The position numbers and the translations under genes are program-made. From an uncultured bacterium (GTDB lineage Bacteria > Bacillota_I > Bacilli_A > RFN20 > CAG-826): a stretch of 64,000 bases of DNA. Positions 53,405 through 62,831 of this stretch are shown piece after piece. Every line of letters begins with the position of its first letter. The first letter of the stretch is position 1. The notes beneath the pieces are model-generated. The model worked only from the letters and a program-made list of their open reading frames with translations, did no database searches and was not told where the DNA came from. Location of the stretch: assembly GCA_949299335.1 (NCBI GenBank), contig CASGAD010000031.1, positions 1,075 to 65,074 on the forward strand, read 5' to 3'.

Positions 53405-56164
53405 TTATTCAATGCTCTTTAGTGACTCAGCCATTGATACTTTATTTACTCTTGATGATATTAATAAATTAACAACAAATGCCGTCAAAAAACTTATTAG
53501 GAAAGCAATCACATATGTCATTGGGTAAATCACATATTCCCAATCTATTAAATCAACCTTGTTAATTCCTAAAACTAACATTTCTACAGGGAGTCCAAAG
53601 AAAAGCCCAAGCACAGCGCCAAGAGTTGTTAATATCATAACCTCATAAACTAAGCTTGAAGAAATTTCAAAAACTGAAAAGCCTAGAACTCTTAATGTTG
53701 CAATATCTCTTCTTCTTTCATTAAAGTTTAAAATGGCTAAATTGATTAATACAACTACAGCTAACAAAATTGCAAACACTTTAATAGTATTAGTCATCTG
53801 ACTAACGCTAGACATATAACCATCTATTCTTTCAATTGTCTCATCATTAGTCATTATGCTATAGGCTACTTTAGATTCATTAAGGATTGTCTCTTTTACT
53901 GCATCAGCAGAATATCCTTCTTTAACTGTTACCCATGCAATATTTGGAGTTCTTAAAAATGCTGGCTGTGATTCTTGGTAAACAATCAAGCCATTAGTTG
54001 AAAATGCATAATATATTGCTCCAATTTCGTATTCATATATCTCACCATCAATATTAAAAGAAGCAATATCTCCAACACTTACACCTAATTTTTCTGCTTT
54101 TTGTGTTGTTAAAATTACTTTTTCTAAATCGCCATGTCCATCTCCAAGATAATCGTCATATTTATAGTATTGAGATTCGGCAGAAACAAAATATACATTA
54201 GTATTAATAGATTTATTATTACAAGTTACTTGTGTTTGAGCTAAAGAATATTCTTCTGCGTAAGCAACACCTTCTATAGTCATAAGTTCTTCAGCAGCTT
54301 CACCTGGTGTTAATCCAGTATTTAAATTAATAACTAAATCACTATTATAGAAATTAATTAAATCTTGGTCTTTTCCATAATTAATTGTATCATCTACACC
54401 CATTCCACAAATTAATAAAGCCGTACAACCCAATACACCAATTATGACCATGATGGATTTAGTAAAATGAACTTTAATATTTCTAAAAGTCATCATTAAT
54501 GATGTATTTTTGATACTCTTTTTACCAGCTTTCAAATTAAAGGAAGGAGCTGCGACCCTCATAGATTCACTCGCTGAATAACTTAACTCTTTTTTAATTA
54601 ACATAAATGTCAAAAATGAAACTAATAAAAGAATTATCGCAAAAAGAATTAAAGCAACCTTAGTTGGAAAAACATATGATAGTTCAGGTAATGTATATAA
54701 TATTCCATATTTAATATTCATGACCTGTGGAAGAATTAAAGGTCCACAAATAAAACCAATTACCAATCCAACAGCAGCAACTATATTCATTATTGTCATA
54801 TAGAAAAGAAGAATTTTTCCTTTAGATATGCCTAAAGCTTTCATTGTTCCAATTTGTGTTCTTTCTCTTAATATTAACTGAGCAATAGTAGTCAAAACTA
54901 TCAATATTGCAACAATAAAGAAAATAACAGGAAATACATATGTTAATTGTTTTGCTTGTTTAATATCGTTAGTAACACTAGCAATACTACTATTAGTTTC
55001 TCTATCAAAAACAGCTAATAAATTATTATTTTCTTTTCTTTTAAAATATGAAGAAATTTGATTAGTAATTAGAGTAACATCAAGCTCAGAATCAACTTTT
55101 AACACTATTTGGTTATAAAGATGTGTAAGTAACTCTTCAATCATCGAATTTGTTTTATGATTTATTGCATAAGTTATATCGCTCGAGACTAACATCATAA
55201 TTTGATCAAGAGTTTGACTGTTGCTCTCATCACTAAGAATATTAATTACTTCATCTAATAGCAAAACCACAATAGCGTTGTTGGCATATGCTTCTTTATA
55301 GTCATTTAAAGTTTCAATAATATTTGCGCTACTAATATTATCAAAAATGTCTTCTGTTATTGTAGAAAGTAACATTCTAGAACTTAATAAATAATACGAT
55401 GAAGAAAACTGCCCGTTATCAACATTTTCAGGATGTTCCATTATTCCATTAATTTGTATATTAAATGTTATTGTATCTTCACTTAAATAGTTGTTAATAG
55501 AATTTGATAAAAGTTCCTGAATAAGCGGCACATCAGATAACAAAATAGACTTAAGTAAACCATATGTTGTATCAGAAACTTCCAAATTATCTAATAAAGA
55601 TGTAACAAGCAATTCAATTGTTTCCTCATTACTTACGACTTGTAAAGCTGTGCTTTTTAAAGTAGATGTTTCAAAAGTTACTGGTAAAAAATCCCCTAAA
55701 CTAATTGTTTTCCCTGTAGAATCCTTATATTTTTGTGCTAATGTTTCATCTATAAAGAAGAAATTATTATCATTATAGTCATTAGAACTATATTCAGATG
55801 GTTTATTAATTGTTGGGAAAGACTCACTAATTAAGCCGTACGTACTAAAACTAAAAATTTCTGAAGGTATGTATAATCTAGTTTCACTTGAAGAATTCTC
55901 TCCACCAATAGATTCAACATACAATAAATCCTCATCCATTTCATTAAAATCATTTAATATAGGATTCACAGTAACCCAAATGTCACTCAAGTTTCCGTTT
56001 ATAAAAACTTGATTTACTCTTTTTTCAAAGCCCTCAGCATTAGCTTCAAGACCTATATAAAGTGTACAAGAAATAGCGATAATAAAAATAATAGAAATAA
56101 ATTGCTTTATATTTCTAAAAATATCTCTAATGCACTTTTTAAATAACGATTTAGCCAATCTCAT
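53405..56164 (-). CDS. ABC transporter permease with two FtsX domains
   Basis: ERTQIGTMKALG and ERRRDIATLRVLGF FtsX motifs; large acidic extracytoplasmic loops. Confidence 0.9.
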   Translation of the reverse strand: MRLAKSLFKKCIRDIFRNIKQFISIIFIIAISCTLYIGLEANAEGFEKRVNQVFINGNLSDIWVTVNPILNDFNEMDEDLLYVESIGGENSSSETRLYIPSEIFSFSTYGLISESFPTINKPSEYSSNDYNDNNFFFIDETLAQKYKDSTGKTISLGDFLPVTFETSTLKSTALQVVSNEETIELLVTSLLDNLEVSDTTYGLLKSILLSDVPLIQELLSNSINNYLSEDTITFNIQINGIMEHPENVDNGQFSSSYYLLSSRMLLSTITEDIFDNISSANIIETLNDYKEAYANNAIVVLLLDEVINILSDESNSQTLDQIMMLVSSDITYAINHKTNSMIEELLTHLYNQIVLKVDSELDVTLITNQISSYFKRKENNNLLAVFDRETNSSIASVTNDIKQAKQLTYVFPVIFFIVAILIVLTTIAQLILRERTQIGTMKALGISKGKILLFYMTIMNIVAAVGLVIGFICGPLILPQVMNIKYGILYTLPELSYVFPTKVALILFAIILLLVSFLTFMLIKKELSYSASESMRVAAPSFNLKAGKKSIKNTSLMMTFRNIKVHFTKSIMVIIGVLGCTALLICGMGVDDTINYGKDQDLINFYNSDLVINLNTGLTPGEAAEELMTIEGVAYAEEYSLAQTQVTCNNKSINTNVYFVSAESQYYKYDDYLGDGHGDLEKVILTTQKAEKLGVSVGDIASFNIDGEIYEYEIGAIYYAFSTNGLIVYQESQPAFLRTPNIAWVTVKEGYSADAVKETILNESKVAYSIMTNDETIERIDGYMSSVSQMTNTIKVFAILLAVVVLINLAILNFNERRRDIATLRVLGFSVFEISSSLVYEVMILTTLGAVLGLFFGLPVEMLVLGINKVDLIDWEYVIYPMTYVIAFLISFLTAFVVNLLISSRVNKVSMAESLKSIE

Positions 56165-56167
56165 AAA

Positions 56168-56887
56168 CTACCACTTAATATCATCAACAGTTTTAGGATT
56201 TTTAATTATCAAATTGCTAACAACTTTGCCATCTTGAATCTCGATTATACGGTCAGCAACAACAGTCAAAGCTCTATTATGAGTAACAATTATTACTGTT
56301 TTACCTTCTTGCTTAGCAACTTTATATAATAAATTTAAAATAGAGGCTCCTGTTTTACTATCAAGCGCTCCTGTTGGTTCATCACAAAGTAATAATGTAG
56401 GATTTTTAACTAAAGCTCTAGCAATTGCTACACGTTGTTGTTCCCTGCCTGATAATTGACTTGGGAAATTTTTAGCTCTATCTTTTAATCCAACAAGTTC
56501 TAGCATTTTTGCTGCATCATAATGCTTTTCAACTAATGCGGATGCAATATAAACATTCTCATATGCGGTCAAAGAAGGCATTAGATTATAAAACTGGAAA
56601 ACAAAACCTATATCATTTCTTCTAAATTTAGCGAGTTCCTTCTCGTTCATTTTTGTTACATCTTTGCCATCAAGAATGTATTTTCCACCTGTAGCTTTAT
56701 CCATACCACCAAGAATATTTAATAAGGTCGATTTGCCTGCTCCGCTAGGCCCTAAAATAAAAACTAGTTCTCCTTTTCGAATTGAAAAAGTTGCACCTTT
56801 TAAAGCAGTAATTTCAGCTTCATTTTTCTTGGCGTTGCCATAAACTTTAGAAATATTTTCTATAATTAGTTGTCTTTCTTCTTCCAT
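56168..56887 (-). CDS. ABC transporter ATP-binding protein (LolD/MacB family), signature LSGRE
   Basis: GPSGAGKST, GFVFQFYNL, DEPTGALD, VTHN. Confidence 0.92.
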   Translation of the reverse strand: MEEERQLIIENISKVYGNAKKNEAEITALKGATFSIRKGELVFILGPSGAGKSTLLNILGGMDKATGGKYILDGKDVTKMNEKELAKFRRNDIGFVFQFYNLMPSLTAYENVYIASALVEKHYDAAKMLELVGLKDRAKNFPSQLSGREQQRVAIARALVKNPTLLLCDEPTGALDSKTGASILNLLYKVAKQEGKTVIIVTHNRALTVVADRIIEIQDGKVVSNLIIKNPKTVDDIKW

Positions 56888-56896
56888 ATCTCAACC

Positions 56897-58492
56897 TCAC
56901 AATAAAGGAACAATAATTCTTAAAAATGCCCATAATAACTTAGTTCTAAATGGCTTATTTAGATAATCAGTTGCAAGTTGCCTCTTACCTTTTCTTGTCA
57001 TTTCTTCTAAGTCATCTCGCATATTTTGAATAACAGGAGAATCTGCAATAAAAACACAATTTTCAAAGTGCAAATAAAAGCTTCTAAAATCAAAGTTGCA
57101 TGTTCCTGTTAAGGCAATCTCATCATCACATACCATCATTTTAGTATGGTTAAATCCTGGTGTATATTCATATATTTTTACACCACTAGCTAAAAGTTTT
57201 GCATAATAACTGCGTGTGGCACAATAGACCATTTTTTTATCTGGGATACCAGGAGTAACAATTCGAACATCAACTCCACTTTTTGCAGCATTTTGCAAAG
57301 CTGTAATCAATTCACTGTCTGGAATCAAATATGGAGTTGATAAATAGCAATATTTTCTTGACCTACTAATCATTGCTAGATAAACATCTCTACACGTATT
57401 TTCTCCATCAAACGGCACTTCACCAAATGCTTGATAGTATCCTGCTAATGGGGTAAATTTTTCTGTTAAATCCTTATTATATTCATAATGAAATTGTTTA
57501 GGATCTTCATCTTTATTTTCAAATCTGCTATTTAAAGCCCAAGAGCTTAGGAATACATTTGTAAGGCCATTAACAGCCTCACCTTTAAACATAATTATAT
57601 TATCTTTCCACTGACCAAATCTTTCTACTTTATTAATATATTCATCAGCAAGGTTACATCCCCCCGTAAAACCAACGCAGCCATCAATTACCAAAATCTT
57701 TCTATGATCACGCATGTTTTGTCTAATATCAACTATTGGCCTTACTCGATTGAAAACTAAACATTTAATACCATCGGCTCTAACCGTTTTATAAAAATAT
57801 TTATCAATTTTAGCGACGCTACCAAAATCATCATAAATAAAACGTACTTCAACGCCCTCTTTTACTTTTTGCTTTAAGATTTCATAGATAGTGTCAAAAA
57901 ATTCACCGCTCTCAATAATGAAATATTCAATAAAAATGAATTTCTTTGCTTTTTTAAGTTCAGACACCATTTTTGGAAATCCTAACTCACCTAATTTAAA
58001 GTATTCACAATAAGTATTTTGATACACTCCACTAAGCGCACTTCGATAAATATAACGTGAAATTGAATATGCGTTTTTATCTTCCTCTTTTAATTGATTT
58101 AATACTTTAGATGTATCATCAACACTTTGTCTTAATTGAAGATTTATTTTGCTTAGTCTTCTTCTTTTTAATCTTTGGGTAGTTACTTTTTGAGCAAAAA
58201 GTAAATACAAAAAAGCACCTGCATAAGGCAAGCACAAAAGAACTGTCAACCAACTAACTTTAAAATCGACTTGGACATCACTATTAGCTATAAATATTCC
58301 ACAACACAAATCTAAAGCCAAAAGTATACCTAAAGAAATGTAAATTGAAATAGTGAACGCACTACCAACTGCAACCAAAGTTAAAGGCACTACTATTATT
58401 AAGGTTCCAAGAAAAAAAGCTAAAACAGATATTAAAAGTCTAACAGGTGAATTTTTCTTTACTTTTCTTAAAACCTTTTCTTTTTTCTTCAT
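56897..58492 (-). CDS. cls: Cardiolipin synthase
   Basis: Two HKD motifs (HRKILVID, HTKMMVCD), N-terminal TM helices. Confidence 0.93.
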   Translation of the reverse strand: MKKKEKVLRKVKKNSPVRLLISVLAFFLGTLIIVVPLTLVAVGSAFTISIYISLGILLALDLCCGIFIANSDVQVDFKVSWLTVLLCLPYAGAFLYLLFAQKVTTQRLKRRRLSKINLQLRQSVDDTSKVLNQLKEEDKNAYSISRYIYRSALSGVYQNTYCEYFKLGELGFPKMVSELKKAKKFIFIEYFIIESGEFFDTIYEILKQKVKEGVEVRFIYDDFGSVAKIDKYFYKTVRADGIKCLVFNRVRPIVDIRQNMRDHRKILVIDGCVGFTGGCNLADEYINKVERFGQWKDNIIMFKGEAVNGLTNVFLSSWALNSRFENKDEDPKQFHYEYNKDLTEKFTPLAGYYQAFGEVPFDGENTCRDVYLAMISRSRKYCYLSTPYLIPDSELITALQNAAKSGVDVRIVTPGIPDKKMVYCATRSYYAKLLASGVKIYEYTPGFNHTKMMVCDDEIALTGTCNFDFRSFYLHFENCVFIADSPVIQNMRDDLEEMTRKGKRQLATDYLNKPFRTKLLWAFLRIIVPLL

Positions 58493-58563
58493 GAAATAAT
58501 TATAACAATAGTTTTTTTTAAAATGTTAAAAAATAACCTTTTTTAACTAAAAAAGAACTAAAA

Positions 58564-59208
58564 CTATAAATTTTTAAGGTAATCGTAAAACTCATCAAAA
58601 CTATCTATAACTTTAGCATTAGTAGTTTGAAGGAGAGCTTTTGAATTGTGCCCTTTCGAAAATAATATTGGCTTAAGTTCTAATTCATTAGCCACTTCAT
58701 AATCATGTAATGTATCTCCAATCATTATAGATTCATCGACATTAATATTATGGTTTTTGATAAATAACTTTCCGTATTCAATTTTTCCAAGAGCAGCGAT
58801 ATTATTACTAGCACTAAAGCCATCAAAATATTCAAGTATTCCTAATTGCTTTAATTGATTAATAAGAATGCTTTCTTCAGAAGCGGTTAAAATGTATAAA
58901 TTATAGCCATCTTTTTTTAACTTTTTAAGAAGTTCTTCGATTCCTTCATGTAAACAAGTTTCTTGCTTTTCACGAGACAAATATTTACTAAAAAACTTCT
59001 CTGAAATACGATGATAATTTTCTCCGGAGATGTCAAATCCGACCAATTTATAATAATTTTTTACAGGAAAACAAAAATTATTAAGGTAAAAATCTTTAGT
59101 AACGGGCGCGAGGCCTTCTTCTTTTATCATCTCATCTTCAATATCAAAACAAAGATCAGTATCATCTAAAATGGTCCCGTTGAAATCAAAAAATATATTT
59201 TTAATCAT
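58564..59208 (-). CDS. HAD-IA hydrolase (phosphoglycolate phosphatase-like)
   Basis: FDFNGTILDD, LTAS, GK, IGDTLHD. Confidence 0.88.
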   Translation of the reverse strand: MIKNIFFDFNGTILDDTDLCFDIEDEMIKEEGLAPVTKDFYLNNFCFPVKNYYKLVGFDISGENYHRISEKFFSKYLSREKQETCLHEGIEELLKKLKKDGYNLYILTASEESILINQLKQLGILEYFDGFSASNNIAALGKIEYGKLFIKNHNINVDESIMIGDTLHDYEVANELELKPILFSKGHNSKALLQTTNAKVIDSFDEFYDYLKNL

Positions 59209-60470
59209 TAGCGTGAACCCATCGCTTTCTCAATATCATCAATCTCTTTAATAATTGAACCACTTAAACAATAACTTCCATCTTCCGTAACTAATATATC
59301 ATCTTCGATTCTTACACCGATTCCTAATTCCTTAAAATATAATCCAGGTTCGTCTGTAATAATATTGCCAGGAACTAATGGAAGGTCTCTATTAGCAGGA
59401 TCGTGTGTATCCAACCCTAGATGGTGTCCAATTGAATGGAAATAATACTTACGAATTTCAGACTCATTACTCATTAATCCTTCTTCGACGCAGCGTCTAG
59501 CCATAAAGTTTGTAGCTATATCGTTTAATTCTTTTATTGTGATTCCAGGCTTAATAGAATCAATTATTAATTTGTTACATGCTAAAACAATGCCGTAAAT
59601 TTTCTTTTGTAAATCAGTAAATCTTCCATTTGCAGGATATGTTCTAGAAATATCGGCGCAATATAAATTGTTTTGACTACCTAAATCAAATAAAACAAGG
59701 TCTCCGTCCTTAATCTTTGCTACAGGAGTTGGATAATGCAAGCATGTTGCATTAACACCACTGGCACAAATTGTTGAGAAACTTAATTCACTATTATCGT
59801 AGTCTTGAATCGTGTAATAAAATAAACTTGATAATTGATATTCATAAAGACCAGGTCTAATTTTCTTAAGAATATTTTTTAAGCCAATGTTAGTTTTATT
59901 AATCGCTTCTTTTAATTCGGCTATTTCATCTTTACTTTTAACCATTCTTAGACTAATGATTCTATTGTAAATATCCTTAGCTTCAAGCCGAGGATAATTC
60001 ATTAATAAAACATCTTTAGCTTCCTCGATGGTCTTAAATCCATCAATTAGATTCTCAGGTTCTAAATCAAAGTATATGGTTGAAATCTTTGCAAAAGCGC
60101 TATCTTTTTTGCAAATTAATAAGTCTAATTCGCTTTCAAAAACATTTAAATACATTACATTATCGATACCACTTAAATCACGAGCTTCATTTGGTCTTAA
60201 TCTTTTCCCGGTCCATTTTTCTTTAACTTCATCGTATTCGCTAATGAATAAATATTCTTTAATTATGCCATCTTGTTTTGCGACTAATAAAATTGAACCT
60301 TCTTGTTTAATATTCGTTAGATAATAAAAATTTCTATTTACAACAAATGGATATGTTTCATCAGCACTTCTTTTTTTACTTACTCCAGCATAAAGAATTA
60401 GGATTGAATTATCCTCAAGTGACTCATATAATTTCTCTCTTCGAGAAGCAATTTCCTTAACTTCAATCAT
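59208..60470 (-). CDS. pepP: Xaa-Pro aminopeptidase (aminopeptidase P, M24B)
   Basis: RNFYYLT, LHY, DLG...ADISRT, HSIGHHLGLDTHD, EPGLY, GVRIEDD. Confidence 0.93.
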   Translation of the reverse strand: MIEVKEIASRREKLYESLEDNSILILYAGVSKKRSADETYPFVVNRNFYYLTNIKQEGSILLVAKQDGIIKEYLFISEYDEVKEKWTGKRLRPNEARDLSGIDNVMYLNVFESELDLLICKKDSAFAKISTIYFDLEPENLIDGFKTIEEAKDVLLMNYPRLEAKDIYNRIISLRMVKSKDEIAELKEAINKTNIGLKNILKKIRPGLYEYQLSSLFYYTIQDYDNSELSFSTICASGVNATCLHYPTPVAKIKDGDLVLFDLGSQNNLYCADISRTYPANGRFTDLQKKIYGIVLACNKLIIDSIKPGITIKELNDIATNFMARRCVEEGLMSNESEIRKYYFHSIGHHLGLDTHDPANRDLPLVPGNIITDEPGLYFKELGIGVRIEDDILVTEDGSYCLSGSIIKEIDDIEKAMGSR

Positions 60471-60471
60471 A

Positions 60472-61296
60472 TTATTTCTCCAATACTTTTACCACACTAT
60501 CGATTTCTGGCATTAAATCTACAATACTTTCTGTATCTCCTTCATCAATGAGTGCTGCAACACTTTGACGAATTGGTAATCTTGTTAACGCTTTTAATCC
60601 TGTTTCAGCAGCAAACTCATCTAATCTTGATTTGCCATAAATATCGATATGTTCACCACATTTTGGACATTCAACGTAACTCATATTTTCAACTACGCCC
60701 AAAATAGGTATATTCATCATTTTAGCCATGTTAATTGCTTTTTTAACGATTAAAGAAACTAGATCTTGTGGGGATGTAACAACAATAATTCCATCTAATG
60801 GAATAGATTGGAAGGTAGTCAAAGTTACATCGCTTGTTCCAGGTGGCATATCAATTAATAAATACTCTAATTCGCCCCAAGCAACCTCTGTATAGAACTG
60901 TTTTAATAATGAGGATACTAGTCCACCACGCCAAATAATAGGGTCTTCTTCATGCTCTAATAAAAGATTTGAAGAAATAATTTTTATACCACTTAATGTT
61001 TCGGCAGGAATAATGTGTTGAAAATCATTTCCATATGCACTTTGATGAATATTAAAGGAATTTGGAATTGATGGACCAACAATGTCACCATCCAAAATTC
61101 CAACTTTATGTCCGTTTTTATTTAGTTTAGCAGCTAACAAAGAGGTAACAAATGATTTACCAACACCTCCCTTACCACTAACAACAGCTATCGTTTTCTT
61201 TATTTTTGTCTCATTATTAGGCTTAACCTTCTCTATTCTATCGTGGCAGCCTTCTACTCCACATGTTTCACAGTTATGTGTACAACCTTCACTCAT
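60472..61296 (-). CDS. Mrp/NBP35 (ApbC) Fe-S carrier ATPase
   Basis: N-terminal CxxxCxxCxxxxC, SGKGGVGKS, WRG, DMPPGTSD, ENMS...CPKC. Confidence 0.93.
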   Translation of the reverse strand: MSEGCTHNCETCGVEGCHDRIEKVKPNNETKIKKTIAVVSGKGGVGKSFVTSLLAAKLNKNGHKVGILDGDIVGPSIPNSFNIHQSAYGNDFQHIIPAETLSGIKIISSNLLLEHEEDPIIWRGGLVSSLLKQFYTEVAWGELEYLLIDMPPGTSDVTLTTFQSIPLDGIIVVTSPQDLVSLIVKKAINMAKMMNIPILGVVENMSYVECPKCGEHIDIYGKSRLDEFAAETGLKALTRLPIRQSVAALIDEGDTESIVDLMPEIDSVVKVLEK

Positions 61297-61298
61297 TT

Positions 61299-61907
61299 TT
61301 ATATATCCTTTCCGTATAAATACTCTATTTTCCCAATTACATCGATTTTTCCATAGAACATAGAATTCAAATCATCTTTAAATTCTAGAGGTGTTAAAAA
61401 ATCTAATGATATTCTATCATTAAATGACTGTTTCATAATAATAAAACACTGCTTATTTAGGAAACTAAGAAATTTTTGATATGTGTCAATATCAATTTGT
61501 ACTCTCCATTTATACATTTTATGTAACTCTTGTTTCTTAGCTAAATTAATCACCTCTTTAGCACTAGCTAAATATGTTCTTAAAAGGCGACCACTTCCTA
61601 GCAAAGTTCCACCAAAATATCTAACTACAATAAGCAATGTAAACTTTAACTTATTAACTTCTAATTGACTTAAAATTGGTTTACCAGCTGTTCCTTGAGG
61701 CTCACCATCATCACTATATTTTTCCGCTTTGTCTAAAATGTATGCATAACAATAATGTCTAGCTTTTGGATACTCTTTTTTTACTTCTTCTAATACTTTT
61801 GAGATATCATCTTCTGTTTTTACAGGGCAAATAATAGAGATAAATTTTGATTTATCCACTTCTATTTCATTAATCTTTCTTTCTTTAATCGTTAAAATTG
61901 TTTCCAT
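61299..61907 (-). CDS. YigZ/IMPACT family protein
   Basis: KSKFI, ARHYCYAY, SDDGEPQGTAG, VVRYFGGTLLG. Confidence 0.93.
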   Translation of the reverse strand: METILTIKERKINEIEVDKSKFISIICPVKTEDDISKVLEEVKKEYPKARHYCYAYILDKAEKYSDDGEPQGTAGKPILSQLEVNKLKFTLLIVVRYFGGTLLGSGRLLRTYLASAKEVINLAKKQELHKMYKWRVQIDIDTYQKFLSFLNKQCFIIMKQSFNDRISLDFLTPLEFKDDLNSMFYGKIDVIGKIEYLYGKDI

Positions 61908-61937
61908 TTTGCTATTTTATTATATAATAATAAAATC

Positions 61938-62831
61938 ATGAAAGAAAAAATTAAGTGCAAGAAATGTGGTCTTTTGATTGATGATGATTTAGAAACCTGC
62001 CCTTATTGTGGATATTCACAAAAAGATGACACAGAAACTCATCCAATTGAAAATAAAAATGAAGAAATTAAAGAGGCACCAAATACAAAAAGCCATTCTT
62101 TTTTTAGTTTTCCTTCAAGAACTTTGGATATAAGCATAACTAAATCAATTGTTTTATTTTTATTTGGTTTAATAGGATTAAAATTTATAGGGTTACTATT
62201 TGAATTAATTAGTATAACTACTGGCAATCTTTATTTTATTAATAACCTTGAAGCGAGTGCTGCAATTAACTTTTCATGTTACGCAATCCTTTTTGGTGCT
62301 TTTCTCATTATATTAAATTTTGATTTAGACAAATTTTTTAAATCATTTAAAAGTAAAACTCTAGCACTTGATGGCATAGGCTTTGGATTCTTCTTAATGA
62401 TAGTCTCAAGTGCTGTAACCTTATTATTTAAATTTTTCGATACCTCAACCGGATCAAACGCAAACGAGCAAGGTGTTGATGCAATTACTGATATTTATCC
62501 TGTTCTTTCATTGCTTATTTTTGGAATAATAGGTCCAATTTGCGAAGAATTGACTTATAGAGCTGGATTATTCACTGCTATAAAAAAGTACAATAGAACA
62601 GCTGCCTATATTGTGACTGCTATAATATTTGGCTTAATTCACTTCGACTTTGGAAGTATTGGTGGCGAAAGTTTTGTAAGTGAGCTTATTAATATTCCAA
62701 GTTATATAGTTAGTGGCTTGCTCCTCTGTTATTTTTATGACTATAAAGGGATTGGAGTAAGCACAGTTGCTCATGTCACCAATAATTTTATTGCTATATT
62801 AGTTCAAATTTTGAGTTCTGCTTTATTATGA
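61938..62831 (+). CDS. CAAX protease/Abi (CPBP) intramembrane metalloprotease with N-terminal zinc ribbon
   Basis: CKKC...CPYC; EELTYR, FGLIH, HVTNN motifs. Confidence 0.9.
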   Translation: MKEKIKCKKCGLLIDDDLETCPYCGYSQKDDTETHPIENKNEEIKEAPNTKSHSFFSFPSRTLDISITKSIVLFLFGLIGLKFIGLLFELISITTGNLYFINNLEASAAINFSCYAILFGAFLIILNFDLDKFFKSFKSKTLALDGIGFGFFLMIVSSAVTLLFKFFDTSTGSNANEQGVDAITDIYPVLSLLIFGIIGPICEELTYRAGLFTAIKKYNRTAAYIVTAIIFGLIHFDFGSIGGESFVSELINIPSYIVSGLLLCYFYDYKGIGVSTVAHVTNNFIAILVQILSSALL

